This document shows positions 28,372-40,295 of a stretch of DNA of 64,000 nt, one piece after another; the first letter of the stretch is position 1, and each line of letters starts with the position of its first letter. The stretch comes from an uncultured Candidatus Rokubacteria bacterium (lineage in GTDB: Bacteria; Methylomirabilota; Methylomirabilia; Rokubacteriales; CSP1-6), in NCBI GenBank assembly GCA_963747235.1, contig CAVVEU010000029.1, positions 160,001 through 224,000 on the forward strand, given 5' to 3'. The notes under the pieces are model-generated. The model was given only the letters and a program-made list of their open reading frames with translations, was not told where the DNA came from and did no database searches. Made by a program: the position numbers and the translations under genes.

Positions 28372-29410
28372 TTCTCGGCGGCGACCTTCTTCAGCTCGGC
28401 CCGGAACTCGGCCAGGATCTTGGCCGCGTCCACGCCCTTGGCGGAGGCCTTCTTGATCCAGTCCTCCACGATGGGCGCGGAGCGCTTCTGCACTTCCGCG
28501 GTGAAGGCGGCGTCCGCGTTCACGATCTTGACGCCCGACTTCTTGAGCGCGTCGAGCCCCTTCACGTCCGCCTCGTCCCAGGAGCGGCCGGCCAGGCGGG
28601 CGATGTGCTCGCCGGAGAGCTTGGTGATCGCGTCCTGGTCCTGCTTGGGCAGCTTGTTCCACTTGTCCTCGTTCATGAAGAAGCCGAAGGCGGAGCTGTA
28701 CATGCCGCCCGGGAAGAGCGTGGCCTGCTCGAGCACGGTCTCGAGCTTGAACGAGACGATGGACTCGAGCGGGAAGAACACCCCGTCGGCCACGCCGCCC
28801 TTGAGCAGCTCGTAGGACTCGGGCGCGGGCTTCACGAACGCGGACGCCCCGAGGGCCTTGGCCACCGCCTCCGCGATGCCGCCGCCGGTGCGGATCTTGA
28901 GCCCCTGCACGTCGCCGATGCCGGCCACCGGCTTCTTGGTGAACATCTGGCCGGGGCCGTGGGTGAAGACGCCGAGCAGCTTCACGCCCTTGTACTCGCC
29001 GACCTCGTGGAAGTGCTTCCAGTAGATGCGGGAGTAGGCCACCGAGTTGACGAGGGCGGTGTCGCCCGCCCCGGGCAGCTCCGGCATCAGCGGCAGGATG
29101 TGCCGCGCCGGGGTGTAGCTCGCGGTGACGTAGGAGAGGTCCACGAGGCCGTCCCGCACCGCGTCGAAGGTGCCGGGGGGCGCGGACGGGTGCTTCGGCA
29201 GCATGGTGAACTTGACGCGACCGTTGGTCGCCTTCTCCACCTCGGTCGCCCAGCCCTGCAGCACGACGCTGGTCAGGTGATGCTGCGGCGACACCCACGA
29301 GGACATCGTGAGCGTGGTGGTCTGCGCGATCGCGGGCGCGGCCGTGATGGCCCAGCGACCAGCGCGGCCAGCCCCAGCTCGGCCAGAATGACTCTCAGCA
29401 CATTCACCAT
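28368..29410 (-). CDS. dctP: TRAP substrate-binding protein (frameshift in signal peptide ~29350)
   Basis: Signal peptide, SSWVSPQH, VEKATNGRV, GLKIRTGG, ESYELLKGGVADG, FMNEDKWNKLP. Confidence 0.9.
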
Positions 29411-29574
29411 ATGGTCTCCCTCCAGGTGGGCGTGACGGCTCTCGGCGGAGCGTAGTGTATCGCAGGTCCGGCGGCCCCGGGATACCCTTGCGTACGCGGC
29501 GGGGGCGCGGTAGAAGGAAGGTCCATGAAACAGACCGGCGCCTCCGGCTTCCGTCCGCAATAGCCCGCTCCCCG

Positions 29575-30379
29575 ATGCCCAAGCGCGTCGAGGGCAAGGC
29601 GGCCATCGTCGTCGGAGGCGGCCAGACCCCGGGCCAGACGGTCGGCAATGGCCGGGCCACCGCCATCGTGCTGGGTCGGGAAGGCGCCCGGGTCTGCGTG
29701 GTGGACCGGGAGCTGGCCTCCGCCCAGGAGACGGCCGATCTCATCAAGAAGGACGGCGGGGAGGCCTGGGCCTTCGCGGCCGACGTCACCCGCGAGGACG
29801 ACGTCCAAGCGCCTGATCGCGGCGGCGCTCGAGCAGGCCGGGCGGATCGACATCCTGCACAACAACGTCGGCGCGAGCCTGGCCCTGGGCGACGCGGTCG
29901 CCACCGATCTCACCGAGGAGGCCTTCGACCGGAGCCTCGCGGTGAATCTGAAAGCCACCTGGCTCACCTGCAAGCACGCCCTGCCCGCCCTGCGGGAGGC
30001 GCACGGGTCCATCGTGAACATCTCGTCCATGGCCGCGCTGAACGCCTACCCGCTGGTGGGCTACAAGACCACCAAGGCCGCGGTGGTCGCCTTCACCGAG
30101 AACCTGGCCGCCCACAACGCGAAGTACGGCGTCCGCGCCAACTCGATCCTGCCCGGGCTGATGAACACCCCGATGGCGATCGAGTCGCGCGTGGCGGCCG
30201 GGACGCCTCGAGATGAAGTCATCGCCGCGCGCGACCGCCGGGTCCCGCTCGGCCGGCGCATGGGCACCGGGTGGGACGTGGCCAACGCGGCGCTCTTCCT
30301 GCACTCGGAGGAGGCCGGCTTCATCACCGGGGTCTCGCTCATCGTGGACGGCGGCGAGAGCGTGAGCTGGGGCTCCTGA
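29575..30379 (+). CDS. SDR family oxidoreductase (frameshift ~29810)
   Basis: VGGGQTPGQTVGNG, LHNNVG, NISS, YKTTK, PGLMNTPM, ITGVSLIVDGG. Confidence 0.9.
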
Positions 30380-31179
30380 TGGCGGCGCCCGCGCTGCCCG
30401 AGAACGCCTACCGCGCGCGCGCCGAGCGCGGGGAAGTCCAGATCGGCACGTGGATCACGATGATCCGCACGCCGTCGATCCTGACGTTGCTGCAGACCGC
30501 CGGCCTCGACTACGCCCGGCTCGACCTCGAGCACTCCGCGTTCTCGATCGAGACGGTGGCGGACATGGCGTCGCTCGCGCGAGCGCTCAACTTCCCGCTG
30601 GTCGTCCGCCCGCCGGAGGGCAATCGCGAGTGGATCACGCGGCTGCTCGACGCGGGGGTGTGGAACCTCCACATCCCACAGGTCGAGAACGCGCGGCAGG
30701 CGGCGGAGGTGGTGGCGGCCACGCGCTACGCCCCGCTGGGCTCGCGCGGCATGTACGGCTCGGGCCCGCACACCGGCTTCCACGCGCGCCCGCCCGCCGA
30801 GCACCTGGCGACCGCCAACGCCCGCGTGCACGTCACCGCGATGCTCGAGAGCAAGCACGCCTTCGACCACCTCGACGAGATCGCGGCGGTGCCGGGCATC
30901 GACGCGCTCACCATCGGCCCCACCGACCTGTCGCAGGACCTCGGCGTCCTCGGCACCCCGGCCCAGCGTGACGTGCTCCGCGAGCACCGGGTGCGCCTGG
31001 GCGAGGCCGCGCGCAAGCACGGCAAGACGGTGGCGATGGCGGTGGACACGATCGAGGCGGTGCGCGAGGTGATCGCGCTCGGCGCCACCATCATCAACTA
31101 CTCGTCGGACACGAACGTGCTGCGCTCCACCTACGCGGCCGCGGTCGCGGAGATCCGCACCCCAAAGGAGAGGTCATGA
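30379..31179 (+). CDS. HpcH/HpaI aldolase family protein
   Basis: LDLEHS, LLDAG, RYAPLGSRG, AMLES, IGPTDLS; TGATG coupling to SDR. Confidence 0.9.
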   Translation: MAAPALPENAYRARAERGEVQIGTWITMIRTPSILTLLQTAGLDYARLDLEHSAFSIETVADMASLARALNFPLVVRPPEGNREWITRLLDAGVWNLHIPQVENARQAAEVVAATRYAPLGSRGMYGSGPHTGFHARPPAEHLATANARVHVTAMLESKHAFDHLDEIAAVPGIDALTIGPTDLSQDLGVLGTPAQRDVLREHRVRLGEAARKHGKTVAMAVDTIEAVREVIALGATIINYSSDTNVLRSTYAAAVAEIRTPKERS

Positions 31180-32821
31180 AGATCAAGGCGGTCAACGGCT
31201 TCGCGCGCATCCTCAAGTCCGAAGGCACCCCGTGGGTGAGCTGCTACCCGACGAGCCCGGTCAACAACGCGCTCGGCGAGGAGGGCATGCCCATCCTCAT
31301 GATGGGCGAGGAGCGCTTCGCGGTCGCGGTGGCCGACAGCTTCTCCCGCGTGACCAACGGCAAGCAGATCGGCGTGTGCACGGTCATGGCCGGCCTCAAC
31401 GCGGCGGGCATCCAGATGGCCTTCGGCGCCATCGCGCAGGCGTGGGAGGACTCCTCCCCGCTGCTGGTGATCGCGGAGGGCCTGGGCGTCGGGGCCAGCC
31501 GCCACACCCACTTCGACATGGCCGAGGCGTTCCGGCCGGTCACCAAGTGGGTGGGCAAGGTGGACCGCGCCGACCTCATCCCCGAGTACACGCGCCGCGC
31601 CTACACCCACCTGCGCTCCGGCCGGCCGGGCCCGGTGCTGCTGCTGATCCCGCGCGACCTGGGCGAGTACGACGCGGACGAGCATCCCTACTCGCCGGTG
31701 AAGGGCTGGCGCACCGGGCCCGATCCGGACGACGTCAAGGCGGCCATCCGCGCGCTGCTCTCGGCCAAGGATCCCCTGCTGCACATCGGCGAGGGCGTCT
31801 GCTACGCGGACGCGGCGGCCGAGCTGCTGCAGTTCGCGGAGGCGGCCCAGATCCCGGTGATGACCACGCTCAAGGGCAAGGGCGTGTTCCCGGAGAACCA
31901 CCCGCTGTCCATCGGCGTGCGCGGCTCGATGGTCGATCACTTCCTGCGCAAGTGCGATCTGCTCTTCTCGGTCGGCTCGAGCCTCTTCCCCGGCCGCTTC
32001 AGCCACACGGTGCCGGACGCGCACAAGAAGACCATCGTCCAGTGCACGGTGGACACGCTCGACATCAACCGCAGCTACGAGACCCGGCACGCGGTGATCG
32101 GCGACGCCAAGCTCACGCTGCAGGCCCTGCACGGACGAGCTGCAGGCCAAGGGCGCGCGCAAGAAGCCGGAGGTGCTGGAGGAGATCCGAGGGACAGCGC
32201 CAGATCTTCAAGGACAAGTTCCGCCCGTGGCTCGAGTCCAACGAGACGCCGATCAATCCCTATCGCGTCTTCGGCGACCTGGCCAAGGTCCTCGACCCCA
32301 AGAACTCGTTCCTCACCGCGGACTCCGGCAACACGCGCGATCAGACCAGCACGGTGTACGAGGCCCAGATCCCGCGCGGCTATCTCGGCTGGGGCAATGT
32401 CTCCACGCTCGGCTTCAGCCTGGCCGGCGCGGTGGCGGCCAAGCTCGCCTACCCGCAGCGGCAGTGCGTGCTCGTGACGGGCGACGCGGGCGTCTGCTAC
32501 ATGATGGGCAACTTCGAGGCGGTCGCCCGCTACAACATCGGCATCACCACGATCCACATCAACAACGGCGGCTACTCGGGCTACGGCCCCGGCTTCTGGG
32601 GCGAGGGCCACGATCCCTACACCTGGAAGGTGTCCGACCACGGCAACGCGTGCATGGCGAGCATGGCGCGCGCGGTCGGCTTCCACGGCGAGGACGTGAC
32701 CCAGCCCGCCGAGATCATCCCCGCGCTCAAGCGCGCCTTCGACGAGAACGCCAAGGGCCGCCCCGCGTTCGTGGAGTTCATCTGCTCGCACCACCCGGTG
32801 CACGGCGGCTGGGTCCGCTGA
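31176..32821 (+). CDS. Thiamine-diphosphate-dependent enzyme (acetolactate synthase-like; frameshifts ~32130-32190)
   Basis: EERFAVAVAD, RSGRPGPV, TTLKGKGVFPENHPL, TLGFSL, GDAG...INNGG. Confidence 0.88.
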
Positions 32822-34299
32822 TGGCCGACGTGGACGCATTCGCGACCGCGACCTCGCTGCTCGGCGCGCTCCGGACCGGCAAGGTCAGCGCGACCGAGCT
32901 GACCGAGCTCTACATCCGCCGCATCGAGCGCCACGACGGGCGCCTCAACGCGGTGGTGGTGCGCGACTTCGACCGCGCGCGGCAGCAGGCGCGCGCGGCC
33001 GACCAGGCGCGGGCGCGCAACGAGTCGGCTCCTCTGCTGGGCCTGCCGATCACGCTCAAGGAGTCCATCAACGTCACCGGGCTCGGCACGACCTGCGGGG
33101 TGCCGGACTGGAAGGGCTACGTCTCGCCCCACGATGGGCCCATCGCCGCGCGCACCCGGGCGGCGGGCGCGGTCCTGCTGGGCAAGACCAACGTGCCGCC
33201 CATGCTCGCCGACTGGCAGTCCGCCAACCCGATCTTCGGGCGCACCAGCAATCCCTGGGATCTCACCCGGACGCCCGGGCGGCAGCAGCGGCGGCAGCGC
33301 GGCGGCGATCGCGGCCGGACTCAGCGCGCTCGAAGTCGGCTCGGACATCGGCGGGCTCGATCCGCGTGCCCGCGGTCTTCTGCGGCGTCTACGGCCACCG
33401 GCCGAGCGAGACGCTGTTGCCGCGCAGCGGCCAGTTCCCGATGCCGCCCATGCCGAACGCGGCGACGGTGATGGGCGTGCAGGGCCCGATCGCGCGGAGC
33501 GCGGAGGACCTGGAGCTGGCCCTCTCGGTGCTGGCCGGCCCCGACGTGGGCGAGGACGTGGCGTGGAAGGTCTCGCTGCCTCCGGCCCGACGCGAGCGCC
33601 TCGGGGACTTCCGCGTGGCGGTGCTGCCGCCGATCCCGTGGCTCCCGGTGGACGAGCAGATCACCGCGGCGCTGCAAGACGTGGCCGGCCGCCTCGCGAA
33701 GATGGGCGCGGTGGTCAAGGAGGTCCAGCCGGAGGGCCTCGGGGATCACCGCGAGTACCACGGCTTCTACCGCACGCTGCTCGCCGCGGTGACCGGCGCG
33801 CGCGTGGACGCCGAGACGCGCCGGGAGCGCATCGCGACGCTTCGCGCCGCGGGCGACGACTTCTCGCTGGGCGGGGCGCGCGGGCTCGAAGGCACCGCGG
33901 GCGACTACATCCTGTGGCACGGGCGCCGCGAGCAGCATCGCGCGGCCTGGCGGGCGCTTCTTCCGCGAGTGGGACGTGCTGCTGGCCCCGGCCATCAACG
34001 TGCTCGCGTATCCGCACGTCGAGCGCGCGTGGCCGCCCGACGCCAGCGACCAGACCCTGACCTTCACGGTCAACGGCCAGTCCGTGCCGTACCTCCACGG
34101 GCTCTGCTACCCGGCGCTCTCCACGGTGCCCGGCCAGCCCAGCACCGCGTTCCCGGTGGGGGTCTCGCGCGAGGGGCTGCCGATCGGGCTCCAGGCCATC
34201 GGGCCCTATCTGGAAGACCTGACGACGATCCGCTTCACCGCGCTGCTCGCGCGCGAGATCGGCGGCTTCCGCAAGCCCGCCGGCTACGAGGAATCCTAG
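32821..34299 (+). CDS. Amidase-signature enzyme (frameshifts)
   Basis: GLPITLKES, GKTNVP, GGSSGGSAAA, GSDIGG, GLPIGLQAIGPYLED. Confidence 0.88.
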
Positions 34300-34307
34300 G
34301 AGGCCCG

Positions 34308-35470
34308 ATGCTGACGATCGACGGGCACTGCGACCCGCGCTTCACCGCCGTCCGCGAGCAGTTCTTCGCCAACTTCACGGAGCGCGGGGACGTGGGCGCC
34401 GCGGTGTGCGTGTACCTGGACGGCGTCCGCGTGGTGGACTGCTGGGGCGGCCACGCCGACGCGGCCCGCACCCGGCCCTTCGGCCCCGACACCATCGTGA
34501 GCGTGGCCTCCACCACCAAGGGCATGGTCGCGCTCTGCGCCCACATGCTGGCCGAGCGCGGCAAGCTCGACCTGGACGCGCCGGTCGCGCGCTACTGGCC
34601 GGAGTTCGCGGCCGGCCGGCAAGCAGGACATCCCGGTGCGCTGGCTGCTGAGCCACCGCGCGGGGCTGCCCGCGATCCGCCGCAGCCTGCCCGCCGAGGC
34701 GCTCTTCGACTGGGACGCGATGACCGCGGCGCTCGCGGAGACCGCGCCCTGGTGGACGCCGGGCGAGCGCCACGGCTATCACGCGATCACCTACGGCCAC
34801 CTGGTCGGCGAGGTCATCCGTCGCGTGGACGGCCGCACCGTGGGCGCGTTTCTTCGCGATGAAGTCACCGGCCCGCTGCGCGCCGACTTCTTCATCGGCG
34901 TGCCGGAGGAGGCCGACGCGGCGCGCCGCCGAGGTCCTGCCGCCCCCGCCGCCCAGCGAGGCGACGATCTGGGACACGCTGCTCGCGGATCCCGAGTCGG
35001 TCTCCGGCCGCACGTTCCTGAACCCGCCGCGCGCGCGGGCCTGGTCAACACCCGCGCCTGGCGCGCCGCCGAGATCCCGGCCGCCAACGGCCACACCAGC
35101 GCGCGCGGGGTGGCCCGCGTCTACGCGGCGCTGGCCCGCGGCGGCGAGCTCGATGGCGTCCGCCTGCTCGCAGCCCGCCACCATCGAGCGCGCCATCGAG
35201 GAGCAGTCGCGCGGCCGCGACGAGGTGCTGACCCTGCCCACGCGCTTCGCCACCGGCTTCATGCTCGGCATGCCGGGCGGCATCTTCGACTGCGGTCCCG
35301 GCCGGCGCACCTTCGGCCACCCGGGCCGCGGCGGCTCGATCGGCTTCGCCGACCCGGACGCGCGCATCGGCTTCGGCTACGTGACCAATCAGTACGTGAC
35401 CGGCACCGCGAAGCATCCCGACCGCCGCGTCCTCCACCTGGTGGACGCGGTGTACGCGGCGCTCCGATGA
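34308..35470 (+). CDS. Serine hydrolase, beta-lactamase-like esterase (family VIII; frameshifts)
   Basis: ASTTK (SxxK), LLSHRAGL, HGYHAITYG, FGHPGRGGS; RBS GGAGG. Confidence 0.88.
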
Positions 35471-36658
35471 GCCCGGCCCCCGCGCTCTCCGCCCGCGACT
35501 GCCTGCCCCGCGACGCGGGCGACGCGCTGCTGGTCGGCCGCGCGTGGGTCCCCGCCGAGGACGGCCCCTGCGTCGTCGCGGTGCGCGGCGACGAGGTGGT
35601 GGATCTCACGCGGGTCTATCCGACCACGAGCCTCCTGCTGAACACCGCGAAGCCCGCCGACGTGCGCGCCGCGATCAAGGCCGCGTCCCGGCTCACCACG
35701 CTGGAGGCGCTGGCCGCCAACAGCGTGGAAGGCGCGCGCGACGCGGGCAAGCCCTGGCTGCTCGCCCCCGCGGATCTCCACGCGGTCAAGGCCAGCGGCG
35801 TGACGTTCGTGGCGAGCATGCTCGAGCGCGTCATCGAGGAGCGCGCCAAGGGCAACCCGGCCCTGGCCGACGGGGCGCGGGGCGAGATCCAGGCCATCGT
35901 GGGCCCCGACCTGCGCGGCATCAAGCCCGGCTCCCCGGAGGCCGCGCGCATCAAGGAGGTCCTGGTCGCCAAGGGCATGTGGTCGCAGTACCTCGAGGTC
36001 GGGATCGGCCCGGACGCGGAGCTCTTCAGCAAGTGCCCGCCGATGGCCGCGGTGGGGCTGGGCGCGCGCGTCGGCGTGCACCCGGCGTCGGTGTGGAGCA
36101 ATCCCGAGCCGGAGCTGGTGCTGGTGATCAACCGCGAGGGCGCCATCGTGGCGATCACGCTCGGCAACGACGTGAACCTGCGCGACGTGGAGGGCCGGAG
36201 CGCGCTGCTGCTGGGGCGCGCCAAGGACAACAATGCCTCGTGCGCGATGGGGCCGTTCTTCCGGCTGCTGGACGAGCGCTTCACGCTCGACCACGCGCGC
36301 CGGGTCACCTTCGAGACGATCGTGCAGGGCCCGGACGGCTTCCGGATCTCCCACATGACCCAGGTCGCCGAGATCAGCCGCGACCTGACCGAGCTGGCCG
36401 GCCAGGCCATCGGCAAGTACCACCGCTACCCGGACGGCCTCGTGCTCTTCATCGGCACCATGTTCGCGCCGGTGGCCGACCGCGGCGCGCCGGGCAGCGG
36501 CTTCACCCACAAGACGGGCGATGGGTGTCGCATCGACCGCGCCCGAGATCGGCCGGCTCGTCAACGAGGTCGTGGCTTGCGACGTGGCCGAGCCGTGGTC
36601 CTTCGGGACGGGCGCCTTGATGGCGAGCCTCGCCCGGCGCGGGCTGCTGCGCGCTTGA
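35467..36658 (+). CDS. Fumarylacetoacetate hydrolase family protein (frameshift ~36530)
   Basis: KASGVTF, SQYLEVGIGPDAELFSK, WSNPEPE, GNDVNLRDVEGRSALLL, GTMFAP. Confidence 0.87.
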
Positions 36659-37214
36659 CCGGCTTCGCGGCGGCGCCCTTGCCGCCGAGCGGGGCCGCGC
36701 TCACCAGGACGAAGACGACCAGGCAGGGCTCCACGCTCCGGTTGCTCCAGGCGTGATTGGTGCCGCGCTGCACGAGCGTGTCGCCGGCCCGCATCAGCGT
36801 CTCGCCCTCGTCCATCAGGGCCCAGATCTCCCCGGTCAGCACGATGGCGTAGTCCACCGTGTCCGTCCGGTGCATGGCCGGATGCCGCGAGGCGTCCGGA
36901 TCCATGGCGTGGCTGGCCCCCATCGCGCGGAAGGACGCCGCGCGATCGAAGCCGCCCCCCGCCGCGTCGGGCGGGAATTCTACTATTCTGAAGATGGTGC
37001 CGTTGCGAGGCGGCTCCAGCGACATGCGGCGCTTGGCCGCGTCCGCGCTCCCCGCGTTGGACGCGGGCGCCCCGTCGCTCACCCACAGGTCGGTGAGCGC
37101 GAAGTCGGCGCGCCCCGGCAGCGTGAGCACGTGGGGCGACGGCGCGTCGCTCGCGATGATGGAGCGGCCCCGGGCATTGTGGCCGGTGACGATGCGTCGG
37201 ATCGGCTTGATCAT
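36561..37214 (-). CDS. Cupin domain protein
   Basis: RRIVTGHNARGRS, MHRTDTVDY, GDTLVQRGTNHAWSN; RBS GGAGG; TATAGT at 37233-37238. Confidence 0.88.
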   Translation of the reverse strand: MIKPIRRIVTGHNARGRSIIASDAPSPHVLTLPGRADFALTDLWVSDGAPASNAGSADAAKRRMSLEPPRNGTIFRIVEFPPDAAGGGFDRAASFRAMGASHAMDPDASRHPAMHRTDTVDYAIVLTGEIWALMDEGETLMRAGDTLVQRGTNHAWSNRSVEPCLVVFVLVSAAPLGGKGAAAKPVKRAAARAGRGSPSRRPSRRTTARPRRKPRPR

Positions 37215-37284
37215 GGCGGCCTCCCGGCCGGGACTATACACCGCCGTCGGGTTGGGTGAAACTATGGGCGGAAAGAGGGGCGAC

Positions 37285-38968
37285 ATGACCGATCTCGTGA
37301 TTCGCGGCGGCACCGTGGTGGACGGCAGCGGCAAGGCGGGGCGGCGGGCCGACGTGGCCATCCAGGACGGGCGCGTCAGCGCGGTCGGCGAGATCCGCGA
37401 GCGCGGCGCGCGCGAGATCGACGCGGGCGGCCTCGTGGTCGCGCCCGGCTTCATCGACGTCCACACGCACTACGACGCCCAGTACACCTGGGACCCGTAT
37501 GCCACCAGCAGCATCTGGCACGGCGTCACCACCACCGTCATCGGCAACTGCGGCTTCGCCATCGCGCCCTGCCGCCCCGCCGACCGCGACCTGATCATGC
37601 GCACGCTCGTGAAGGTCGAGGGCATGTCGCTGGCCGCCATGCGCACCGGCATCACCTGGGGCTTCGAGACGTTCCCGCAGTATCTCGACCACCTCGAGCG
37701 CTGCAACCCGAGCCTCAACGTGGCCGCGCTGCTCGGCCACTCGACGATCCGCCAGTGGGTGATGGGCGGCGACAGCCAGCACCGCGTGGCCACGTCCGAG
37801 GAGGTCGCGGCGATGTGCGGCCTCGTGCGCGAGGCGATGGCCGCGGGCGCGATCGGCCTCGGGTCGTCCACCGCCGAGGCGCACGTGGGCGACGGCGGGC
37901 TGCCGGTGGCGAGCCGGCTCGCGGACAAGGCGGAGTTCCTCGCGCTGACGAAGGCGATGGGCGAGTCGGGCCGCGGCCTCTTCCAGGCCACGATCGGCCC
38001 CAAGACCACCATGGAGGACCTGCGCGAGTTCTGGCAGACCAGCGGCCGCCCGGTGATCTGGGCCGCGTTCTTCCAGCGCGACGACCGGCCGGAGTACGTG
38101 CCGGAGCGCCTGGCCATCACCGAAGCGTTCCATCGCGAGGGCGTGGAGGTGCTGCCGCAGATCTCCTGCCGGCCGCTCACCATGGACTTCACGATGAAGA
38201 ACCCCTACCCGTTCGAGGGCATGCCGGCCTGGCAGCAGGTCATGAAGCAGCCCGAGTCGCAGTGGCTGCGCGTCTACGGCGACCCGTCTTCCGCGCCGCG
38301 CTCAAGGCCGATCTCGACGCGCGCCGCCTCGCCGTCTTCCGCGGCCGCTGGGACCTGGTCCAGGTGCTGCGCACGAACCGCCCCGAGCACAAGGCGCTCG
38401 AGGGCCGGAGCCTCGCGGATCTCGCGCGGGACACCGGCAAGCATCCGGTGGACGCCTGGCTCGATCTGGTCGACCGCCGACGGCCTCGACGTGGAGTTCC
38501 TGGCCGGCCTGCTCAACACCGACGAGAAGGTGGTCGGCGATCTGATCGTCCACCCGCTCACCCTGATCACGCTCTCCGACGCGGGCGCGCATCTCTCCCT
38601 GATGTGCGACGCGGGCTACTCCAGCACGCTGCTCGGCAAGTGGGTGCGCGACTCTCAAGCGCCTGCCGCTCGAGACGGCGGTCAAGCGCCTCACCGATGA
38701 CCCGGCGCGCGCCTACCGCATCCCGCAGCGCGGCCGGCTCGAGCCCGGCTACTGGGCCGACGTGGCGATCTTCGACCCGGCCACGGTGGACGCCCTGCCC
38801 GCCGAGTGGGTGACCGACCTGCCCGCCGACGAGCCCCGCTTCGTCTCCCGCGCGCGCGGCGTCGAGTGGAGCCTGGTCAACGGACAGCCCGTGCTCGAGC
38901 GCGGCCGCGTGGTGGAGCGGCCGGCCGGCAAGCGTCCGGGCCAGGTGCTGCGCCGCTTCGACGCGTAG
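37285..38968 (+). CDS. N-acyl-D-amino-acid deacylase family amidohydrolase (frameshifts)
   Basis: IRGGTVVDGSG, PGFIDVHTHYD, GNCGF, SDAGAH, ADVAIFDP. Confidence 0.9.
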
Positions 38969-38984
38969 CCCGCACTCCCACGGA

Positions 38985-39073
38985 CCCCCTCACCCTGCCC
39001 TCTCCCCCTCGATGGGGGAGAGGGATCAAGAACAACTCCCTCTCCCTCCTGAGGGAGAGGGCCGGGGTGAGGG
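38985..39073. repeat. Inverted pair of REP-like elements (copies 3 and 4, BIME-like)
   Basis: CCCCCTCACCCTGCCCTCTCCCCC-tcgat-GGGGGAGAGGG (38985-39024), ~12-nt spacer, then TCCCTCTCCCTC-ct-GAGGGAGAGGG-CCGGGGTGAGGG (39037-39073). Confidence 0.85.
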
Positions 39074-40295
39074 TGTCTCCTCGAAGCGGCCGAGCTGCGC
39101 AGCTCCGGGAAGAGGAGCATCCACAGCCCGGCCACCGCGATCGTGCCGACGCCGCCCAGCAGCACCGCGGGCACGGTGCCCAGCAGGGCCGCGGCCACGC
39201 CGGACTCGAAGGCGCCGAGCTGGTTCGAGGTGCCGGTGAAGAGCGAGTGCACCGCGCTCACCCGCCCGCGCATCGCGTCCGGCGTGCGGATCTGGGCGAG
39301 CGACATGCGGATGACCATGCTCACCACGTCGGCCGCGCCCAGCACGGTGAGCGCGATCAGCGAGAGCGTGAAGCTGGTCGAGACGCCGAAGACCACGGTG
39401 GCCGCCCCGAAGACGATCACCGAGCGGAACAGGGTCGGCCCCAGGCGGTGCTCCAGCGGGTGGCGCGCCAGGAACACGGAGGTGGCCAGCGCGCCCACCG
39501 CGGGCGCGGAACGCAGCACCCCGAGCCCGACCGGTCCCACGCCCAGAATATCCTTCGCGAAGACGGGCAGGAGCGCGGTGGCGCCGCCCAGCAGCACCGC
39601 GAAGAGATCGAGCGACATGGAGCCCAGCAGGACCCGCCGGCTGTAGATGAACGCGACGCCCGAGAACACGGTCTCGAGCGTGAGGGGCTCGCGCGGGCGC
39701 GCCACGCGCTCGACCCGGATCGCGGCCGCGAGCGCGCCGGCCAGGATGAAGAGGCCGGCGGCCGTGAAGTAGGCCGCGCCGGGGCCGAACACGTAGAGCA
39801 GCCCGCCCAGGGCGGGCCCGACGATCTGGGCGGTCTGCCCCGCCGAGATCACCCACGCCATCGCGGGCGCGATGAGCGAGCGCGCCACCACCTCGGGCAC
39901 CAGCGCGCTCATCGCCGGGTTCTCGAAGGCCTGCGCCGCGCCCAGCAGGGCCACCAGCGCGAAGATGCTGGGCCGGCTCTGCCAGCCGCCGAGGGCGCCC
40001 AGGGCCAGCGCGGCGGCGGCCGCCGCCTTCACGACCTCGCACACGACCACGATCAGGCGCCGGTCGCAGCGATCGGCCACCTGGCCGACGACGAGCGTGA
40101 GCAGGATCATCGGCAGGAACTGCGCGAGCCCGACCAGCCCCAGGTCGAGCGCGCTCCCGGTCAGCTCGTAGAGCTGCCAGCCCACCGCGACCCCCAGCAT
40201 CTGGAAGCCGACGGTGGCCAGGACCCGGGACGACGACAGCAGCGCGAACGGCGGGTGGAGCAGCAGCCGCTGCGGGTCCGGAATCGCGCGCGCCT
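39026..40295 (-). CDS. MFS transporter (EntS-like); both ends uncertain
   Basis: VAVGWQLYELTGSALDLGLVGLAQFLP, LDLFAVLLGGATALLP, TPDAMRGRV, SNQLGAFESG. Confidence 0.87.

Noticed and set aside
29411-29574. Possible riboswitch or ncRNA between dctP and the SDR gene
   Set aside because: No recognisable aptamer or terminator; the length fits two divergent promoters.
36561-36658. 98-bp convergent overlap of cupin and FAH genes as a functional antisense system
   Set aside because: The overlapping cupin tail is low-complexity basic sequence, consistent with stop-codon drift or an indel.
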